A stretch of 64,000 nucleotides of DNA from an uncultured delta proteobacterium (lineage in GTDB: Bacteria > Desulfobacterota > Binatia > HRBIN30 > BPIQ01). Shown in pieces: positions 9,574-20,453 of this stretch. How positions within the stretch are numbered: the first letter of the stretch is position 1; each line of letters begins with the position of its first letter. The stretch covers positions 790,602 to 854,601 of the forward strand of contig CAVXGR010000012.1 of NCBI GenBank assembly GCA_963761335.1, written 5' to 3'. The notes beneath the pieces are model-generated. The model did not search any database and was not told where the DNA came from. It was given only the letters and a program-made list of their open reading frames with translations. The position numbers and the translations under genes are program-made.

Positions 9574-10086
9574 TCACCGCAGCGAGCGCAACAGCGCCGG
9601 CAGGCCCGCTATGCTCCGAATCAGGTGCGTGTGCGGGAATGGCTCGAGATCGGCGCGGGTGTGCGAGCCGCTGGTGACGCCCACGACCAGCCCGCACCCC
9701 GCAGCCCGGCCCTCCTCCAGATCCGCCGGCGTATCGCCGACCTTGGCAACGCGCGCCGCGTCGGTCACGCCGGTCAGATCCATGGCGCGCCGCACCAAGT
9801 CGGGGTACGGACGTCCGCGCGGCACTTCATCGCTGGAAACGCTGGCGTCGATCGACGGCGAGCGCAGCCAACCGAGCCGATGCCGGATGAGTGGCCGTTT
9901 GCCGTAGTGACGTTCCATGAGCCACTGGATGGCCACCGGCTTGGGGATACCCATGACTTGCTTGACCATGTCGCGCGACACGGCACAGCCCGCTGCGTCG
10001 AGCGCGGCCCGCAGACAGGTGTTCACCGCGTCGCCGTCGTAAACGGTCGTCCCCGCCATGTCAAAGACCACCAGCTCGATGCGCAT
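9574..10086 (-). pseudogene. Phosphonatase-like HAD hydrolase with apparent in-frame internal deletion
   Basis: FDMAGTT, GRPYPD and KVGDT present; no motif II region; only 170 aa. Confidence 0.6.
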
Positions 10087-10264
10087 CACACCTCCCCCAG
10101 GCCCCGATAGGCACGGGTATCGGACCGGGGCAAGTGAACGATCCATGACGTAGGGAGGATTTTGAAATGAAGCGCGGTCAACTTCGATTCACCACAACCC
10201 CCGATTCGTTGAGTTGAACCCGACTTCCCGAGGTTGCATCTGTGGCCGGGAGCTCGGAGATCAT

Positions 10265-10488
10265 TCGCCCCGGAGGGGCGCAGGCGTGTCGCCCCGGGTC
10301 GGAGACCCGGGGCTCCCGAAGTCGACGTCCGTTGGCGCCCCGCCAGGGGCGCGGGCGCGGTTTTGACACAGGCCTCTGCACCCGGGCTTGCACGCCTGCG
10401 CCCCTGGCGGGGCGCATCGGGGAAGACGGACCCGGGATCCCCGGGTCTCCGACCCGGGGCTACATGCCTGCGCCGCTCCGCGGCGCGA
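10265..10488. repeat. REP/REPIN-like nested palindromic element
   Basis: CGCCCC-GGA-GGGGCG and CCCCGGGT..ACCCGGGG hairpins in inverted pairs; second copy at 22289..22546. Confidence 0.8.
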
Positions 10489-10792
10489 TCCTCCAGCCCA
10501 AGTTGGGTCGTGGGGGATTTTGATCGGTAAGGATGATTTTGAAACGAAACGCGGTTGATCTCGAGATCCACCACTACAATCCATGACGTCTGCTGCTGGC
10601 GCACGTGCGTTCCACATCGGGAAGTTTCCTCAATTCCCCCCGGCCGCGTCTCGGGAGAGCCCAGCTGCTTCCGGCGCCTCGGCGGCGCGAGGACCGTTGA
10701 CGACTACCAGAACTCGGCCCATCATCAGGCCGGTCGTCAAATGGATCCGCGCCTCGGCCTCGACGGCGCGGACGCAGATGAAGGAGAGTCTC

Positions 10793-11083
10793 ATGATGTT
10801 CCGCAAAGGGTACATCTGGGTCGCCGCCATGGTCCTCGGCGCCGCCTCGGCGACAGCCGTGTTGGCGCAGAACTATGGCGACACGATGAAAGACGCCGCC
10901 AAGGACGCCGCCAAACAACAGGTGGAAGACGCCGGCAAGGCGGTCGGCGCTGACACCGCGCCGGGCGCCGCGGTGGCGCCCGCTGATGACACGGCGCCAG
11001 GGGACACAATGGCGCCGGATGATGACGCCGGCGGTGGCGCCGACACCGAGGACAACGGCGGCAAAGACGACGGCGACGAATGA
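10793..11083 (+). CDS. Small secreted acidic, low-complexity protein
   Basis: AAGGAG RBS, signal peptide ending VLA, DTAP repeats. Confidence 0.7.
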   Translation: MMFRKGYIWVAAMVLGAASATAVLAQNYGDTMKDAAKDAAKQQVEDAGKAVGADTAPGAAVAPADDTAPGDTMAPDDDAGGGADTEDNGGKDDGDE

Positions 11084-11239
11084 GGGTCGCATCTCCCCGG
11101 CGAGAGAGGGCGAGCGCCAGATTCAGCTTCCACGCCGCTTCGGGACTGGCCCGCACTCATGGACACCCTCCTCTGGGCACACGCATGCCAGGGAGGGTGT
11201 CGTCGCCTCGGGATAGCTGCGGCCCGAACCCCTTGATTC

Positions 11240-13153
11240 ATGGTCAGCGGCGCTGCTCGTGCGGCTGCTGCCCGGCGTCGAGATGCGCTGAGGAGAGCCG
11301 TGTATCACCGCCTCGCCGCTGTCCTCTTGCTGGTGTCGCTCTGCCCGGCGACCTCTCTCGCAAGGTCGCATCGAGGCGGCGGTTGGCTCTCCTCCGGCGA
11401 GACCTGGCTCGACTTCCACGACGACACGCCCCGGCCCAAACCCAGCGAGGCGCAGCAGCAGGACGGCTTCATCCCCTTCCGCCGCAGCGTGCTCGAGCGC
11501 ATTTACTCGACCTCCTGGCCGCAGCCGGGTCAGGAGGTCGGCACCGTCGACCTGCAGGCGGCCCGCGGCGAGTACGAGGCAGCGCAGGTGGGCGTATATG
11601 CGCTGCGCGACTTGAAGCAACTGCAGGTTACGGTCTCCGACCTCGAGGACGGCGCGCATCACGTCATCCCCTCTGCGTCGATCGTCGTGCGCATGGAGCG
11701 GTATTACGGGGTGCGCTTGTCGATCCGCGTCAAGGACCGTTTCGGGGTGGTCCCCAAGACGTTGGAGGTCGCCGTGCCCATCGACGTGCCCGCGGGCACC
11801 ACGCGGCCGTACTGGATCACGGTGCACGTGCCCGACGAGCAACCGGGCGGTCTGTATCGGGGTTCGATTGCCTTCGCCCACGAGGGCCGCCGGACGAGCC
11901 TGGCGATCACCGTGGAGGTCGTGCCGATCAAGCTGCTGGAGGCGGACGTCCTCTACGGCATGCTCTCCATGAATGCCCTGGCACACGCCGGCCGGGCGCT
12001 GGAGCGCGAAGGCATCGACGGATCACAGGAGATCTCCGAGGCGCTCAACGACCGCCGGGGGTCGCGCGCCGGACTTCTCGTGCAGGAGGCCGATCTGATG
12101 GTCGCCGATCAGCGCGAGCACGGCATGACGACGTTCAACCCGCGCTCCGACGACACCTATCGCGAGAGGGACGGCCACCCGGACCTGCCCGATCTCGAGC
12201 TCGGCATGGAGCTGTACCGCAAGTACCACTTCCCGCAGCCGATGGTGTACTTCCCGGTGAATCTCCTGAAGACCAACAAGATCAATCGCTCGTGGAACTA
12301 CAAGCAGTACGACCCGGCGGTAGACATCCCCATGGCGCGCAAGATCGCCGCCTATTACACGCAGCGTTTTCGCGACGCCGGCCTTCCCGGGATCGTTTTC
12401 GTCCCCGTGGAGGAGCCCAACCTGCGCTCCGGCGTCAGTCGACTCGATGCGCCGGACACGCGCCAGAAGATCGCCCACGAGCTCAACCGCGCCATGAAGG
12501 AGGCGGGCGGCACCATGGCCATGACCTGCACTCCCGAGTCGGTGAAGTGCGCCATGGAGTACCTCACGTACTGGATCATGGCCTTCAAGCGCTTCACGCC
12601 GCGCGTCTACGAGATGGCGAAGCAGGCGGGGGCCAAGCTCTGCATCTACGCCAACGGCACGGTGATGGGTCAGGGTACCTACTTCCCGCGCTTCCTCTTC
12701 GGCTACTTCGTCTGGGCCAACCAGCTGAAGGGCATGTTGCCGTGGACCTATCCGCTGCAGCCGAATCACTTTCCGCGGAATCCCGGCCATCGCGCCGAGG
12801 GCGGCTTGAATGTGCGCGACGGCTTCATCGGACTCGACGGCAAGCCGATCCCGACGATTCAGTGGGAGCTCTGCCGCGAGGGCATCGACGACGCCCGTTA
12901 TCTGGTGACCATCGAGTCGCTCATCCCGCAGGCCCGCGCCCGCGGCACCAGCGCCGCCGGCCGCGCCGCGGACGACGCCGAGCGGCTCCTCGCCGAGATC
13001 CGCGCCGGCGTCGGCAGAGACGTCACCCAGTACAGCTTCGAGGATCCGCAGACCTTCGAGCCCCGGCCCAGCGGCGGCTGGGACGCGGCGCGCTTCGAGG
13101 CAACCCGACGGCGCTCGTTTACCGTGCTGCAGGAGCTCCTAGCTGTGAGTTGA
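11240..13153 (+). CDS. Secreted putative glycoside hydrolase (GH123/DUF4091-like)
   Basis: AARGEYEAAQ, YWITVHVP, WELCREGIDDARY. Confidence 0.55.
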   Translation: MVSGAARAAAARRRDALRRAVYHRLAAVLLLVSLCPATSLARSHRGGGWLSSGETWLDFHDDTPRPKPSEAQQQDGFIPFRRSVLERIYSTSWPQPGQEVGTVDLQAARGEYEAAQVGVYALRDLKQLQVTVSDLEDGAHHVIPSASIVVRMERYYGVRLSIRVKDRFGVVPKTLEVAVPIDVPAGTTRPYWITVHVPDEQPGGLYRGSIAFAHEGRRTSLAITVEVVPIKLLEADVLYGMLSMNALAHAGRALEREGIDGSQEISEALNDRRGSRAGLLVQEADLMVADQREHGMTTFNPRSDDTYRERDGHPDLPDLELGMELYRKYHFPQPMVYFPVNLLKTNKINRSWNYKQYDPAVDIPMARKIAAYYTQRFRDAGLPGIVFVPVEEPNLRSGVSRLDAPDTRQKIAHELNRAMKEAGGTMAMTCTPESVKCAMEYLTYWIMAFKRFTPRVYEMAKQAGAKLCIYANGTVMGQGTYFPRFLFGYFVWANQLKGMLPWTYPLQPNHFPRNPGHRAEGGLNVRDGFIGLDGKPIPTIQWELCREGIDDARYLVTIESLIPQARARGTSAAGRAADDAERLLAEIRAGVGRDVTQYSFEDPQTFEPRPSGGWDAARFEATRRRSFTVLQELLAVS

Positions 13154-13222
13154 GCCTCATCCGAGTTTCCGGCTTCGACAACGGCGCTGGCGCACCCGGC
13201 GCCTTGGCGCTACAGAAATGCG

Positions 13223-13714
13223 ATGACCGACAGAGACGAGAGGCCGCCTTTCGTGCGCGCTTGGCTATCGCGTAAGCCTGGTCAGCTTCTCGGGCGCGGC
13301 CACCCGGCGGGAGACTTTCTGGAGGCCTACGAGTGGAGGGTCCTCGAGGAGGGCAAAGGTATCCTGCGCCTGCGGGCCCACCTGCCAGCGCACGTGAAGA
13401 ACCCGCGCGGGCAGCTCTTCGGGGGCTTCACGCCGACCTACGTGGATCTGGTAGCGCTGCTCACGGTGCGCGCCGGCGAAGCGCGCGAGGTGTCCGGCTT
13501 CCGCACCTGGCTGGCGACCACCAACATGCGGGTGGACTATTTCGAGCCCATCGTCGGCCCCGAGTTCCTGATCGAGAGCCGCCTGCTCAAGAAGCGCGGT
13601 CGTACCAACTTCGCCGAGACCCGGTTCTTCGCACCCGACGACGATACCTTGGCCGTCTACGCCGTCACGACCATGCGCGAGGTCGAGCTCGAGCGGCGCT
13701 TGGGAGACGGCTGA
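13223..13714 (+). CDS. PaaI-family hotdog thioesterase
   Basis: NPRGQLFGG, TTNMRVDYFEP. Confidence 0.8.
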   Translation: MTDRDERPPFVRAWLSRKPGQLLGRGHPAGDFLEAYEWRVLEEGKGILRLRAHLPAHVKNPRGQLFGGFTPTYVDLVALLTVRAGEAREVSGFRTWLATTNMRVDYFEPIVGPEFLIESRLLKKRGRTNFAETRFFAPDDDTLAVYAVTTMREVELERRLGDG

Positions 13715-13832
13715 GCGTACAGCCCTCGCGAGACAACGCCGCTGCCCATTCATGCAGGCCGTGCTGGCTGGTTAGGCAGCGGAAGCTGTCCCCCGCATGG
13801 CCACGCTCGCCAGGAAGCCGTGCGGCGCGCCT

Positions 13833-13848
13833 GGGTACGCGACTTGCA
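13833..13848 (+). promoter_or_regulatory. Putative sigma54 promoter upstream of glgP
   Basis: GG-TACGCGACTT-GCA (GG-N10-GC). Confidence 0.5.
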
Positions 13849-13899
13849 CCACGATGTCTGCTAATTGGTCAACACAGTTGTGGGTTCGGCCGGTCGCAA

Positions 13900-16110
13900 A
13901 TGTCATCAAAGCGTAAGTTGGGGATGGGGGGGCCTGTTCGCGAAGCCATTGGGCGCCAGCCCGCGGGCAGTCTGGCTGCCGGCGACGAGCTCGGCGAGCG
14001 CCTGCGTGCGCTCGCCTCGAATCTCTGGTGGACGTGGAATCCCGACGTCGTCAACATCTTCCGCGACCTCGACCCGATCCGCTGGCGCGAGCTCGATCAC
14101 AATCCCGTCGGCCTCCTGAACGAGCTGACGCCCGAACGCATCGAGGCTCGCGCCCGCGAGCTGGCGCTGCACAGCCGCATCCACCAGGCGCACCGGCGTC
14201 TGCACGAGTATCTTCGCCACCGAGCGACCTGGGGCGACGTGCACGCCGGCGTGTTGCTCAGCAAGCCGGTGGTGTACTTCTCCGCCGAGTTCGGGCTGCA
14301 CGAGTCGATGCCGATCTACTCCGGTGGCCTCGGGGTGCTCTCTGGCGACCACGTCAAGAGCGCCTCGGACCTCGGCGTGCCCCTGATCGGCGTCGGACTG
14401 CTCTACTCGCAAGGCTACTTCGTCCAGCGTCTCGACCGCACCGGCTGGCAGCACGAGAACTACGTCGACGTCGACGTCGAGCGACTGCCGCTGAGTCTCG
14501 TGCACACCGCCGACGGCCAACCGCTGTCGGTCGAGATCGAGACGCGCCGCGGCAGCCTCGCGGCGCGGGTCTGGCGTCTGACCGCGGGGCGCGTCGTGCT
14601 CCTGCTGCTCGACCCGGACTGCGAGGGCAATCCGCCCGGGGAACGCGACCTCATGGCCCGCCTCTACGGCGGCGATGCCGGCACCCGCATCCGGCAAGAG
14701 CTACTGCTCGGCGTCGGCGGGGTCCGTGCCCTGCACGCGCTCGGCATCACGCCGGGAGTCTTGCATCTGAACGAAGGCCACAGCGCCTTCGCGACCCTGG
14801 AGCAGGTGCGGCTGCAAATGGCGGCCAACGCCATGCCGTTCGAGGAAGCGGCGCGCAGTGTGGCGAGGATGACCTGCTTCACGACGCACACGCCGGTCCC
14901 CGCCGGTCACGATCGCTTCCCGCCCGAGCTGGTGGAGGAGTACCTCGGGCCGCTGCGCGACGCCTGCGGGCTTTCGCACGACCAGCTGCTCGCCCTCGGG
15001 CGGGTCGAGCCGCAGAATCCGTCGGAGGAATTCTGCATGACCGTTCTGGCGCTCAAATTGAGCCGCTACGCCAACGGGGTCTCGGCTCTGCACGGCGGAG
15101 TCAGCCGCCGGATGTGGAGCTGCCTCTGGCCCGAACGCGCCTCGCACGAGGTTCCGATCGGACACGTCACCAACGGAGTGCACGTGCATTCGTGGCTCGC
15201 CCCGCAGATGCGGACGCTTTACGACCGGCACATGGGCGCCGCCTGGGCGGAGCGCAGCGGCGAGCCCGACGTCTGGGCGGGCGCCGAGGCGATCGACGAC
15301 GGCGAGCTGTGGGAGACGCATCAGGTGCTCAAGGCGCGCCTCCTCGACTTCGTGCGGCGGAGGAACGTCCGCCGGCTGACCCGCAACGGGGAGTCGGAGG
15401 AGACCATCGCGGCGGCGCGCCAAGCGTTGGACCTGGAGGTGTTGACGATCGGCTTCGCCCGCCGTTTCGCGACCTACAAGCGCGCCACTCTCCTGTTACA
15501 GCAGCTCGAGAGGTTGCTGCCGCTCGTCCGGCATACCTTTACGCCGATCCAGCTGGTCTTCGCCGGCAAGGCGCACCCCCGCGACGACGCCGGCAAGCAT
15601 CTGCTCCGCGAGATCGCCGAGCTGACCCGTTCCCCCGGGTTCACCGGCCGCGTGGTGTTCATCGAGGACTACGACATCAACGTCGGCCGGCACCTCGTCG
15701 AGGGGGTCGACGTGTGGCTCAACAATCCGCGGCGCCCGCTCGAAGCCTCCGGCACGAGCGGCCAGAAGGTGGTGTTGAACGGCGGTCTCAATCTCTCCGT
15801 CCTCGACGGATGGTGGGCGGAGGCCTACGACGGACTCAATGGGTTCGCGATCGGAAACGGCGCCACACACACGGACCCGGCCGTCCAAGACCGCCGCGAT
15901 GCCGAGGACCTGTACGGAGCCCTCGAAGGACAGGTCGTCCCCCTCTACTATCGGCGCGACCGCGACGGACTGCCGCGCGCCTGGCTGGCGCGCATGAAGC
16001 GCGGCATCCGAACCCTGGGCTGGCGCTTCAACGCCGACCGCATGGTGATGGACTACGTCCGTCACTGCTACCTGCCCGCCGCGGGCGGGATCTCCTGCCG
16101 GATGCCCTGA
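13900..16110 (+). CDS. glgP: Alpha-glucan (glycogen) phosphorylase; start approximate
   Basis: YSGGLGVLSGD, LNEGH, FARRFATYKR, EASGTSGQK, LDGWWAE. Confidence 0.95.
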   Translation: MSSKRKLGMGGPVREAIGRQPAGSLAAGDELGERLRALASNLWWTWNPDVVNIFRDLDPIRWRELDHNPVGLLNELTPERIEARARELALHSRIHQAHRRLHEYLRHRATWGDVHAGVLLSKPVVYFSAEFGLHESMPIYSGGLGVLSGDHVKSASDLGVPLIGVGLLYSQGYFVQRLDRTGWQHENYVDVDVERLPLSLVHTADGQPLSVEIETRRGSLAARVWRLTAGRVVLLLLDPDCEGNPPGERDLMARLYGGDAGTRIRQELLLGVGGVRALHALGITPGVLHLNEGHSAFATLEQVRLQMAANAMPFEEAARSVARMTCFTTHTPVPAGHDRFPPELVEEYLGPLRDACGLSHDQLLALGRVEPQNPSEEFCMTVLALKLSRYANGVSALHGGVSRRMWSCLWPERASHEVPIGHVTNGVHVHSWLAPQMRTLYDRHMGAAWAERSGEPDVWAGAEAIDDGELWETHQVLKARLLDFVRRRNVRRLTRNGESEETIAAARQALDLEVLTIGFARRFATYKRATLLLQQLERLLPLVRHTFTPIQLVFAGKAHPRDDAGKHLLREIAELTRSPGFTGRVVFIEDYDINVGRHLVEGVDVWLNNPRRPLEASGTSGQKVVLNGGLNLSVLDGWWAEAYDGLNGFAIGNGATHTDPAVQDRRDAEDLYGALEGQVVPLYYRRDRDGLPRAWLARMKRGIRTLGWRFNADRMVMDYVRHCYLPAAGGISCRMP

Positions 16111-16304
16111 GCGGCGGCGGAAAGCCGTTCAGCGACATGAGCCGGGCTGCTTCCCGCCCGGCGAGCAGCCGAAACCCTGGCGCGGAGTCCTTTCCTGTGC
16201 CATCGGGAGGGACAGGTTCCTATCGGGGCGGAAGCGGACGGGAACTGGGACCTTGGGAGAAAGAGAACGAATCATGCGGATCATGACAGCCTCGAGAATC
16301 AGCC

Positions 16305-17144
16305 ATGCCTGAGTCTTCCTCTTCGGTAATGATCTGGTGGGCGGTCATGTGCAGCATCGCCGTGTTCAACGTCGGCGTGTGGCTCTATGCGCGAAGCATC
16401 GCACGCAAGAGAAGAGCCGGGTATTCCGCTGAAATCGCCCGGATCAAGAGTTGGCAAATTGTTCTCTCCGGTGTGTTCGTCTTCGTCTGCGGATTTCGAT
16501 CCGTGGTTCCCCGCTTGGACGTACTCAGACTCACGCTAATCGATTCTTTCATTTCGAGTGTCGTTGTTGGACGCTCCCTGGCCACGGTCGCGGAGCTCTG
16601 CTTCTGCGGTCAGTGGGCCTTGATCTTATGGGAAATGGGCCGAAGCCTGAGAAGCGGCACCCTGACGTCCATGTCGAAGGTAATCGTCCCCATGCTGGCG
16701 GTTGCCGAGGTCTTTTCCTGGTATGCCTGCCTCACCACCAACTTCATCGGCAGCAGCATCGAGGAATCGCTCTGGGGGATCGCCGCCGCCATCACGGTGA
16801 TCGGCTTCGTGATCGGACGAGGCCATTATTCCGGACCACAGCGAAGGTTTCTGACCGCGGCCATCATCAGCGGCACGGGCTACGTCATCTACATGGCGAC
16901 CGTGGACGTACCCAACTACATTCGCGGGTACCTCAAGGCTGAGGCTGCCGGGAGAATATATACGCCGGTGCTGGAAGGATTTCGCGAAGTGGCCACGCAA
17001 TGGACCGTCACCCATTCTTACAAGGATTGGCAATACGCCATGGTCTGGATGACGCTGTACTTCAGCGTTGCCGTATGGGGAAGCATCTTGATTGCCCTGG
17101 CACCACGGTTCGATAGAAATCTCTCGCCGATCAAGAACCACTGA
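16305..17144 (+). CDS. Multi-pass membrane protein of unknown function
   Basis: About 7 hydrophobic segments; lower GC than flanks. Confidence 0.75.
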   Translation: MPESSSSVMIWWAVMCSIAVFNVGVWLYARSIARKRRAGYSAEIARIKSWQIVLSGVFVFVCGFRSVVPRLDVLRLTLIDSFISSVVVGRSLATVAELCFCGQWALILWEMGRSLRSGTLTSMSKVIVPMLAVAEVFSWYACLTTNFIGSSIEESLWGIAAAITVIGFVIGRGHYSGPQRRFLTAAIISGTGYVIYMATVDVPNYIRGYLKAEAAGRIYTPVLEGFREVATQWTVTHSYKDWQYAMVWMTLYFSVAVWGSILIALAPRFDRNLSPIKNH

Positions 17145-17422
17145 TTGCCTCCGTCTTGTTCCATCAAGCTCCACCGCTCACAACCCAAGCCGGGTCGAAA
17201 GGCGCAGTTGCCGCCTGTGCCTCGCACAGGGGATTCGGCTTAGTGCGGCACTAGGGGGAATCGCTTATTGCACGCGTCCGACTGTTCGTGATACGCCCCG
17301 GCCTGAAGTCACCTCTTCGATTTGAAAGGGGTCTAGGGAGATTCTGCAAGCGTCCGATATTGAGGCGTTTCGTCAAATCGAGTCTTTATGCGGCCTATTC
17401 GCTCCATCTTTCGAGGTGAACC

Positions 17423-17866
17423 GTGACCGAACGCTACTGCGTGAACGCCCCCCTCGTCGCCAGCCAGGTCATCGACGGGATGGCGATGCTCATCCACTTC
17501 GAGACCGGCGCGTATTACAGCGCCAGCGGCTCCGGGGCCCTGACGCTCGAGCTCCTGTCTTCGGGGCGGACGGTGGCGGAGACGGCGGAAGCGCTCGCCT
17601 CGGCCTACCGCGTGGAGGAGGCGACGACGACCGAGCCGGTGGCGGCGTTCGCCGCCGCGCTGCTGGAGGCGGGGCTCCTCGCGCCGCGCGCCGAGCCACC
17701 TGTGCCCGCGCCGATCCTAGCCGCTCGCCCGGAGCCGTTCGTGGCGCCCGTCCTCCAGGTCTACCGCGACCTCGAGGACATTCTGATGCTCGACCCGATC
17801 CACGATGTCGACGCCGCCGGGTGGCCGACGACCACGCCCCTCGATGAGGTCGATTCGTCGGCGTAG
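17423..17866 (+). CDS. PqqD-family (RiPP recognition element) protein with C-terminal peptide extension
   Basis: SQVIDG..MLIHFETGAYYS RRE-like N-terminus; tail FVAPVL...LDPIHDVD..GWP. Confidence 0.8.
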   Translation: MTERYCVNAPLVASQVIDGMAMLIHFETGAYYSASGSGALTLELLSSGRTVAETAEALASAYRVEEATTTEPVAAFAAALLEAGLLAPRAEPPVPAPILAARPEPFVAPVLQVYRDLEDILMLDPIHDVDAAGWPTTTPLDEVDSSA

Positions 17867-17881
17867 CCCGCGCGCCGTCCC

Positions 17882-19006
17882 ATGCGCGTAGAAGCCGCAA
17901 GCCGCTCCCGCCTCGATCCTGCCGTGCAGGCGCGGCAGCTCTTCGGCGATGCTCGCGACGCGTTCGAGGCCGCGGCACACGCGGTAGGCGGCGAGGTCGT
18001 GGTGCGGCTCCGCGTCGGCGGGCGGGCGGTCGCGCTTCGCTTCGCCGGCGAGGGGCTCCTCGGCATCGTCACGACCGCCTTGGCGCATCTCCGCGCAGAC
18101 GACGCCAAGGCCGACCTGACCGTCCTCCTCTTCGACACGGCCACGACCGGCGTCCTCCCGCCCGCCGCGCCGTGGGATCAGCGCGCCTTCGTCCCTCGGG
18201 GCGACCTCCGGCACCTTCGCCGCGGGTCGGTGCGGGTTGCGTTTCGCATCGACTCGGGGACGCTGAGCCTCTTCGACGAGGAGTCCGCGACCGCAGTCGC
18301 TTGGATCCGGGACCCCGCGGGGGTTCCCTCATGGGACTTCGCCGCGCCGCTCCGAACGATCCTCTCGTGGTGGGCCGTTCGACGGGGCGACCAGCTCGCG
18401 CACGGGGCCTGCGTGGGTACGGAGGCGGGAGGGGTCCTGCTCGCGGCGCCGGGCGGGTCGGGGAAATCGACCACCGCGTTGGCGGCGCTGCTCGCGGGGC
18501 TCCGCTTCGTGGGCGACGACTACGTGCTCGTGCAAGATGACCCGGACGAGGGGCCGCGCGTCGGAAGCCTCTACCGCTCCGCGAAGGTTACCCCCCACCA
18601 ACTGGCGACGCTCGGATCGAGCTTGGCGTCGCAGGTCGCCCTACCGGCCGACCCTTGCTGCAAGACGGGCAAGGCGGTGCTCATCCTGGGGGAGCCGTTC
18701 GCCGCGCAGCTCGCTCCGCTCGTGCCGCTCCGCGCGATCCTCGTCCCGCGGATCGCTCCCGATGGGCGCGTCGGGATCCGGCCGATCGCGCCCGGGGCGG
18801 TCGTCATGGCGCTCGCGCCGACGTCGCTCCTGCAGCTCCCCGGCGCCGGCGCCCACGAGCTCGCGGCGTTCAGTCGCTTCGCGCACGGCGTGCCGGGCTA
18901 TGCGCTCGACCTCGCCCCGGACCTCGGCGCCGTGATCGCTTCCCTGCGCGCGGTCATCACCGCCCACACCGAGGAGGCGCCGCGAGCCGCGGCGGGCAGC
19001 GCATGA
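17882..19006 (+). CDS. HPr-kinase-related P-loop kinase
   Basis: HGACVG, GGSGKSTT Walker A, FVGDDYV. Confidence 0.8.
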   Translation: MRVEAASRSRLDPAVQARQLFGDARDAFEAAAHAVGGEVVVRLRVGGRAVALRFAGEGLLGIVTTALAHLRADDAKADLTVLLFDTATTGVLPPAAPWDQRAFVPRGDLRHLRRGSVRVAFRIDSGTLSLFDEESATAVAWIRDPAGVPSWDFAAPLRTILSWWAVRRGDQLAHGACVGTEAGGVLLAAPGGSGKSTTALAALLAGLRFVGDDYVLVQDDPDEGPRVGSLYRSAKVTPHQLATLGSSLASQVALPADPCCKTGKAVLILGEPFAAQLAPLVPLRAILVPRIAPDGRVGIRPIAPGAVVMALAPTSLLQLPGAGAHELAAFSRFAHGVPGYALDLAPDLGAVIASLRAVITAHTEEAPRAAAGSA

Positions 19007-19743
19007 GCCGCCCGCCGCGGACGAGCGTGGTCATCCCGGCGTTCAACGCGGGTTGGATCATCGCGGAGGCGCTCGCCTCCGCGCTCCGACAGACGGAGCC
19101 GCCGCTCGAGGTGCTCGTCGTCGATGACGGCTCGACGGACGATATCGCGGCAAGGATCGCCGCCCTTCCGGACGACCGCGTCCGGCTTCTCCGCCAGGAG
19201 AACCGCGGGTCGGCCGCCGCACGGAACGCGGGCATCCGCGCCGCGCGCGGCGAGGTCCTGGCCCTCCTCGACGCCGACGACATCTGGCCGGAGGACAAGC
19301 TCGAGACGCAGCTGCGGCTCCTCGATGGCCCGCCGCCCGCTGACCTCGTCACCGGCGCCACGCAGGTCCTGAACGCGACCGCCCCTCCCGAAGCGTCCGA
19401 TCGCGGCTTCGCCGCGCGCGGCGAGCCTTGGACGGCGCCGCTCCTGGGCAGCGCACTCTTCCGGCGCACCGTCTTCGACACGGTCGGGCTCTTCGACGAG
19501 CCGCTCCGCGGGGCGGGCGAGGACGTGGACTGGTTCATTCGCGCCCGCGAGCTCGGCATCCCCACTGCCGCCACCGACCGCGTGACCCTCTACTACCGCC
19601 TGCATGGCCGGAACATGACCCACGGGCTCGACGCGGTCGGCCGCGGGTTGTTCGCGGCGCTCAAGCGCTCGCTCGATCGCCGCGCCAGCGAGGGCCGCTC
19701 GCAGGTGCCGGCGCCGGCGCCCCCGAAGGGAGACGAGGCGTGA
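19003..19743 (+). CDS. Glycosyltransferase family 2
   Basis: VVIPAFN, VVDDGSTD, ARNAG, LDADD, ED. Confidence 0.9.
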   Translation: MSRPPRTSVVIPAFNAGWIIAEALASALRQTEPPLEVLVVDDGSTDDIAARIAALPDDRVRLLRQENRGSAAARNAGIRAARGEVLALLDADDIWPEDKLETQLRLLDGPPPADLVTGATQVLNATAPPEASDRGFAARGEPWTAPLLGSALFRRTVFDTVGLFDEPLRGAGEDVDWFIRARELGIPTAATDRVTLYYRLHGRNMTHGLDAVGRGLFAALKRSLDRRASEGRSQVPAPAPPKGDEA

Positions 19744-20453
19744 GCGGCGGCCCGCCCGGCCGGGTCTCCGCAATCCTCGCCGTCTACAACGGCGAGCGCT
19801 TCCTCGCGGAGGCGATCCGAAGCATGCTCGACCAGACGGAGCCGCCGGACGAGATCCTCGTCGTCGACGACGGCTCGACCGACCGAAGCGCCGCGATCGC
19901 CCGGAGCTTTCCCGAGGTCACCTGCCTCGCGCAGCCCAACGCTGGCCAGTCCGCTGCGCTCAATCGCGGCGTCGCCGGGTCGACCGGCGAGCTGCTGGCG
20001 TTCCTCGACGCCGATGACCTCTGGACGGAGGACAAGCTCGCGCGGCAGAAGGCGGCGCTGGCGGACGACCCCACCCTCGAGGCGGTGTTCGGGCTCGCGC
20101 AGCCGTTCCGCCAGCCGCCCCCGCCCGCGGCCGGTGCGCCCCCCGGGGATCCGGTCGACCTCGGTCCGCCCGTCCGGGCCCACCTCCACGTCGCCGTCCT
20201 CATGCGGCGCCCCGCCTTCGAGCGGGCCGGCGGCTTCGATCCGCGCTGGCAGCTCGGGGGGATCGTCGACTGGTACGCCCGGATGCAGGAGGCGGGCCTC
20301 CGGAGCCGCGTCCTCGACCACGTCGTCTACCGGCGACGGATCCACGGGAAGAACCGCGGGATCGTCAAGCGCGCGCACCGCGACGAGTATCTCGCCGTCG
20401 TCCGGGCCGCCCTCGAGCGGCGCGCCCGGGCCGCCCGCGAGGCGTCGTCTTGA
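19740..20453 (+). CDS. Glycosyltransferase family 2
   Basis: AVYNGERF, VVDDGSTD, FLDADD. Confidence 0.9.
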   Translation: MSGGPPGRVSAILAVYNGERFLAEAIRSMLDQTEPPDEILVVDDGSTDRSAAIARSFPEVTCLAQPNAGQSAALNRGVAGSTGELLAFLDADDLWTEDKLARQKAALADDPTLEAVFGLAQPFRQPPPPAAGAPPGDPVDLGPPVRAHLHVAVLMRRPAFERAGGFDPRWQLGGIVDWYARMQEAGLRSRVLDHVVYRRRIHGKNRGIVKRAHRDEYLAVVRAALERRARAAREASS

